A stretch of 64,000 nucleotides of DNA from Bilabrum cf. latius (Eukaryota): NCBI GenBank assembly GCA_965178125.1, contig OZ237747.1, positions 682,001-746,000 of the forward strand, given 5' to 3'. A model generated the notes under the pieces. It searched no databases and was not told the DNA's origin. It worked only from the letters and a program-made list of their open reading frames with translations. Shown in pieces: positions 59,621 through 64,000 of the stretch. Positions within the stretch are counted from its first letter, which is position 1. Each line of letters opens with the position of its first letter. The position numbers and the translations under genes were made by a program.

Positions 59621-62600
59621 TTACACACCATTTTCGATCTTCCTCAGGAGCCGCGACGCATCATCCAACGCATCGTCGGCATCGCAGTCCTCCCCGCCAA
59701 TGCCCCGGGAGGACCCCTCCCCAGAGCGAGATCTGCCGTCTGCCCCAGCAGCACCATGCAACCCGCCTGTCGGATCTACACCGAGTGCTGCCCACCCCGT
59801 GCCGGAGCCCTTCCCCGAGTTTTCCCCTGCATCGGCCACTGCGGCATCTGCCCCGTCCCACGCGGCGTGTTCCGCGGCATCGCCGTAGAGGCGCCGCGCA
59901 CCTTGCGGAGCGTACGAATAGGCGGACGGGTCCTCCGCAGCATGCGTACGGGCTGGCTTCTGCCACGTCATCTCAGAAGCTCGCGGCTGTGCGCCTCTGG
60001 TGAAGCCAACCCTCTCGTTCCCCAGGTGTACCCCGCCGCTGTTGAGGGGCTCCAGGTGCTGCCTGTGGGACAGGAAAACCGGAACTGCCACGCCGCACCC
60101 GTCATCATCCTCTACTGACTTGTGTTCCTCAGAGTGGAGGGCCCCCCTCGCCTCTCTTACCCCACCTCGCAAGGACCCGCCACCAGCTGCAAGCCTACTG
60201 CCAACCGGCGCGCCCCTTGGTGCCTCCTCCCAGCCGTACTATTCCCTCAGCCTCGCCCTTTCCTCCGCAGGCAGCTCGTATAGCGCAACACCAGACGAGA
60301 TCGTGTCCCTTTCTTCATCCGCCTCCAAAGGTGCCAGCCCCTGTCCCATAGAGGCCAGTGTGGCGGGGTCGGTGACCTGATCAGCCGAGGCAGCACCTGC
60401 GGAGGCCTCCGCCGCAAGGGCGCCTCGCCCCGCCCATGTGCTCCCCAGTGCCCTGCTGATGTACCCCGCCTGCAGCTCCAGCCGCTGTTCTCTGTCCAGG
60501 GCCGCAGAAGAACGCCCGCTGCGGGTACGACTCGCCTGCAGGCGTTCCACAGGATCGAAGCTTGGGGCACCCCCGCCCCGTCCTATGCGTCTAGCCCCGG
60601 TCGCTCGGCGCGTTGCTCTCTTGCGCTTCTTCGCGCGGCGCCTCTTAAAGCGGAACCTCGGGGGCATGCCTAGCTCGGATGGCTTTGCCAGAAGCACCGT
60701 CTCACCGGATGGCATTGCTCCCGCGCCCTGAGCACAACTGGCTGTTACCACCGGCCCCGCCAAGATCTACCTGCGCCCCTGCAGCCTTGCTCTGTGCAGG
60801 GCTCGCCCCGCGCCGCTCCGCGGATCCTTCGATAGAACAATACCGCGGTGTCTGGCCAGCGGAACCGCACCGGCGCCGCGCCCTATCCTGGATCGAACGG
60901 CGCGGCGGCTGCTTGCCAGGCCCTCGGATGCGGCACCGAACGCATCCGTCTCTGGTGCCGCCGCGCTCGCGCCATACACGAGTCTTCGCAGGCGATGCAC
61001 GGCGCGCTCGAGCCTGGATGCCTTGTCTTCCGACTGCTTGGCCGAGCGCTCTGCGTCTTTCCTGCGCTGCTCCGCGCTCGCATTCGCGTCAGCAAGCCGC
61101 ATGACCCTGTACTCGGCGGCGATCGCCCTCATCCGCAGCGACTCGGCCTTGCTTCTCGCCTGCTTGGAAGCCTGCCGGGCCCGCCTGGCCTCCTGCTCTC
61201 CTAACCTCCTGCGGTCGTCTGCCTTGTAGGCTGCTGCCTCCGCCTCCGCCTTGGCTTCCTTGGCTTCCGCCTTGGCTGCTGCTAGCCGACGCACGGCCTC
61301 GTCGGCCTCGACTGCCCGTGCATGCCTCTCCTCTGCTGCTCGGAGCCTGTCCGCCTCTGCCCGCGCTCTGTGCGCGCTCTCCTCCGCCGCGCGGTGCCGT
61401 GCGGAACCAACGCTGGCTTCGTGTTCCCTGGCCATGGCCTGCACCTGTTCTCCGTGGGATGACTGCAGGGCCATGATGTGCGCTCGCGCGTCCTGCAGCT
61501 CGCCCTACACCCTCGCCTCCCTGCGCTCGGCCTCGACACGAGCAGCGTCCCTTGCCGCGGCCACCTCCGCTTCCCTCCTGGCCTCTGCCTCCGCCAGCTT
61601 TGCATGCAGCTCGGCTCGGGCCGCCGCTCGTATGGCATCCTCTCGGATGGCAGCGCGCCTAGATCCGCTGCTGGTTGACTTGGACGAATGGCTGCCACCG
61701 CCAGACTACGATCCAGCCGAACGCGATCCGGAACTGGAACCTGAGCCGGTGCCGGAGGCAGAGGAGGAGGAGGAGGAGGGTTGTCGCACTGGCCTCGCGG
61801 ATGATCTGCCCGTCCTCCGACTCGCCCGGCTGCTTGCCACTGAGGATCTGCCCGTCCTCCGACTCGCCCGGCTGCTTGCCACTGACCCGGTTCTGCTCCT
61901 TTGGCGTGTGCCGCTACCTGCCAACGACCGTGCTGCGATCGAACCCGCCCTGGATCGCGACACCGAAGCTGCTGCCGATGCGGCGCGCCGTGAGCGGGCT
62001 GAACCGGGCACAGACACAGACCCGGACGGTCGTCTCGAGCCAAGCTAGCTGCCGCGAGTGGCACTCCGGCGGCGCGCTGACGCCTTGGGAGCCATAAGTC
62101 TAGCCTTCTGCCGACTGTCGGCCGGCGCAGTAGCTACAGATGCCTTGCCTGTGACGCCAATGCGGCCGACTCTGCCTGTGGCAACAAGAGGATCGGGCAC
62201 GCTGGCCGACGGACCACGCGCGCTGAGGCGGGCACGACTGCTCTGCTTGGATGTCCTAGATGCCTGCGACCTCTTACTGCTGCCTCCTGCGCTCCTTGCA
62301 ACGGACGCCACGGATCGCGCCTTTCTTTGCGATGATGATGATGCTCGACTGGCTCCGCCGACCGACCCAGCTCTGCTCCTCCTCGCCGCGCTGCTCACGG
62401 ACCCAGACCTGCTCTTTGACGCAACGGGTAGGCCACTGCTGCTTTTCGAAGCCTTCCGCCTGCTTGCTACTGAGCCGGACTTGCGCGATGCATTGCTAAG
62501 GCTGCTCCGCCGCGGTGGAACTGAACTTGTCCGGTTCCTGCTGCCTCGCGAAGAGCTAGCTGATACCCTGCTGCTAGAGACCGCTTTGGAATGGAGCGGC

Positions 62601-64000
62601 GGTCTGCTGCTGGATCGGTTCACGGTTCCTGCCCCTGCATGCTTCAGACCCGTTTCTTCGTCCGAAAAGGAGGCGCTCCTACCTCTCCCACTTTCACCGC
62701 TGCCACTGCTCGGCGAGCTCAAGGCGGAGGCAGCACCTCGGACGGCCCACCCGCCGAGCTCGAGGTCACGGCTGTCACCCTGCAGGTCGTCCTCGTCCTG
62801 CTTCTCGTCCTGTCGTGCATCGTGTTGGCTACCCTGCAACCCGTGACGTGTCTCGTCACCTGCCCCGATCGGCGCGTCGCCCGATCTAGCGCCCATGTCT
62901 GGGATAGGCAAGTCGGGCCGCTGGCGAATCAGCAAACCTGGCGGGATGCCAGAGCTGTCTGAGGACTGCCCAGGCGAGGAACGCAAAGACACAAAGTGGG
63001 AAGGCTCCGCAGAGGCTGGCACAAGACCGCTCAGCGCATCTCTCGCGACATCAACCTCTTGCCTGTCATTTGCAGGGCTGGTCGCGTGCTGGGACTTGAC
63101 GTTTGCACTTTCTGGGGATGACTGCTGCTCACTCTTCGCTTGTTGCGAGCTACCATCCGCTAGAGCTGGTGGAGTACCAGTATCAGAATTACTGGGCCTG
63201 CCTAGGCTGCCGTCAGCATCAGCACCGTGCTAGCGGTCACTACCAGGGGAAGCATCCTCCTCCTGCTCGTGCTCCTGCAGCTGCTGAAAGGGCGAATCGC
63301 AAGCAAATCCAGAGGCAGCCGCTAGAGCAATGCGAGCTCTTTCTGCGTCAGATAGGAGCCGCCGACCAGCCGGTGACTCGGCTCCAGGCCCGGCAACGGA
63401 TGCTGACGCTCGCCTGGACCTCTGCTTGTGGGAGTTCTGTGTTTGTGCCTTGCTGCCATGACTTGGTGCCGCGCGGGGTTGCTTTGGTGATACAGTAGCC
63501 TTCAACCACAGCTGTTCCTGTCGGCTTACCGATTTCCGGCTTTTTTTGGATTGCTTTCCGCTGCTTATCCGGCTACGGACGGATGTGGAGAGGCTGTGGC
63601 TCCTTGCTTGTCTCGCCACCCTGCTGTCCTTCCGGCCTGCGACAGACGACGAATCTCCGTCTGATTTCTTGCTCTTTGACCTGCTTGAGATGCTCCTGTG
63701 GCTATTTGTTTCATTGATGATGCCAACGGGGAAGCCGCCAGGTCCCAGTTCCGGTGACTTGTGGCTGCCACGCGCGCTGCCATCCACACGCATGCCCCTG
63801 CGGCTGCCTCTGCGACCGCTGCCACTGCCACTGCCGCTGCTTGCCGTGCTCCTCTCACCTCCGCTGCCGCCATTGCTCCCTCCAGTCGACGGTGCACTGC
63901 TGCCACCGCCACGGCTGACGGCCCCGCCGCTCTGTCCTCCGCCCTACGCGGAGGCAGCAGCAGCCGAGCCAACGCTCGCACCACCGTGCTGAGGCAGACC
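59621..64000 (-). CDS. Large Ser/Arg/Ala-rich low-complexity protein with a coiled-coil segment; 5' end off the window (at least 6 in-frame TAG; ends in TAA)
   Basis: Six fragments share one frame and are joined through TAG at 63230, 62045, 61706, 61505, 60767 and 60239. TAA at 59621-59623. Confidence 0.65.
61803..61885. repeat. 42-bp-period direct repeat (x2) inside a CDS, encoding SVASSRASRRTGRS twice
   Basis: gatctgcccgtcctccgactcgcccggctgcttgccactga occurs at 61803 and at 61845. Confidence 0.9.

Noticed and set aside
1-64000. Mass pseudogenisation or low-quality assembly as the cause of the internal stops
   Set aside because: Interruptions are exclusively TAG, frames are otherwise intact apart from the transposase, and catalytic motifs are preserved. 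Decay or random error would also produce TAA, TGA and frameshifts.

Overview
Compact, GC-rich eukaryotic nuclear DNA from a flagellated, aerobic protist (it encodes DNAI2-like, CEP135-like, NDUFA13, PEX2-like and MetH proteins). It holds about 21 genes, short intergenic spacers and a few GT-AG introns near gene 5' ends. The main signal is a non-standard genetic code. The ORF track is fragmented because 20 of 21 genes carry in-frame TAG codons (about 98 by manual count), and the fragments join in the same frame once TAG is read as sense. At alignable sites TAG falls on conserved Gln residues: DNAI2 CIK*NN, NDUFA13 *DLPP, and an SDR paralogue pair GG*IAIVSS versus GGQIAIVSS. I found no TAA or TGA inside any gene model. 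Genes end in TGA (17) or TAA (3), never TAG. This indicates UAG=Gln with UAA and UGA retained as stops, a rare decoupling of UAA and UAG. All gene models were built by hand under that code, and family assignments come from recalled motifs, not database searches.
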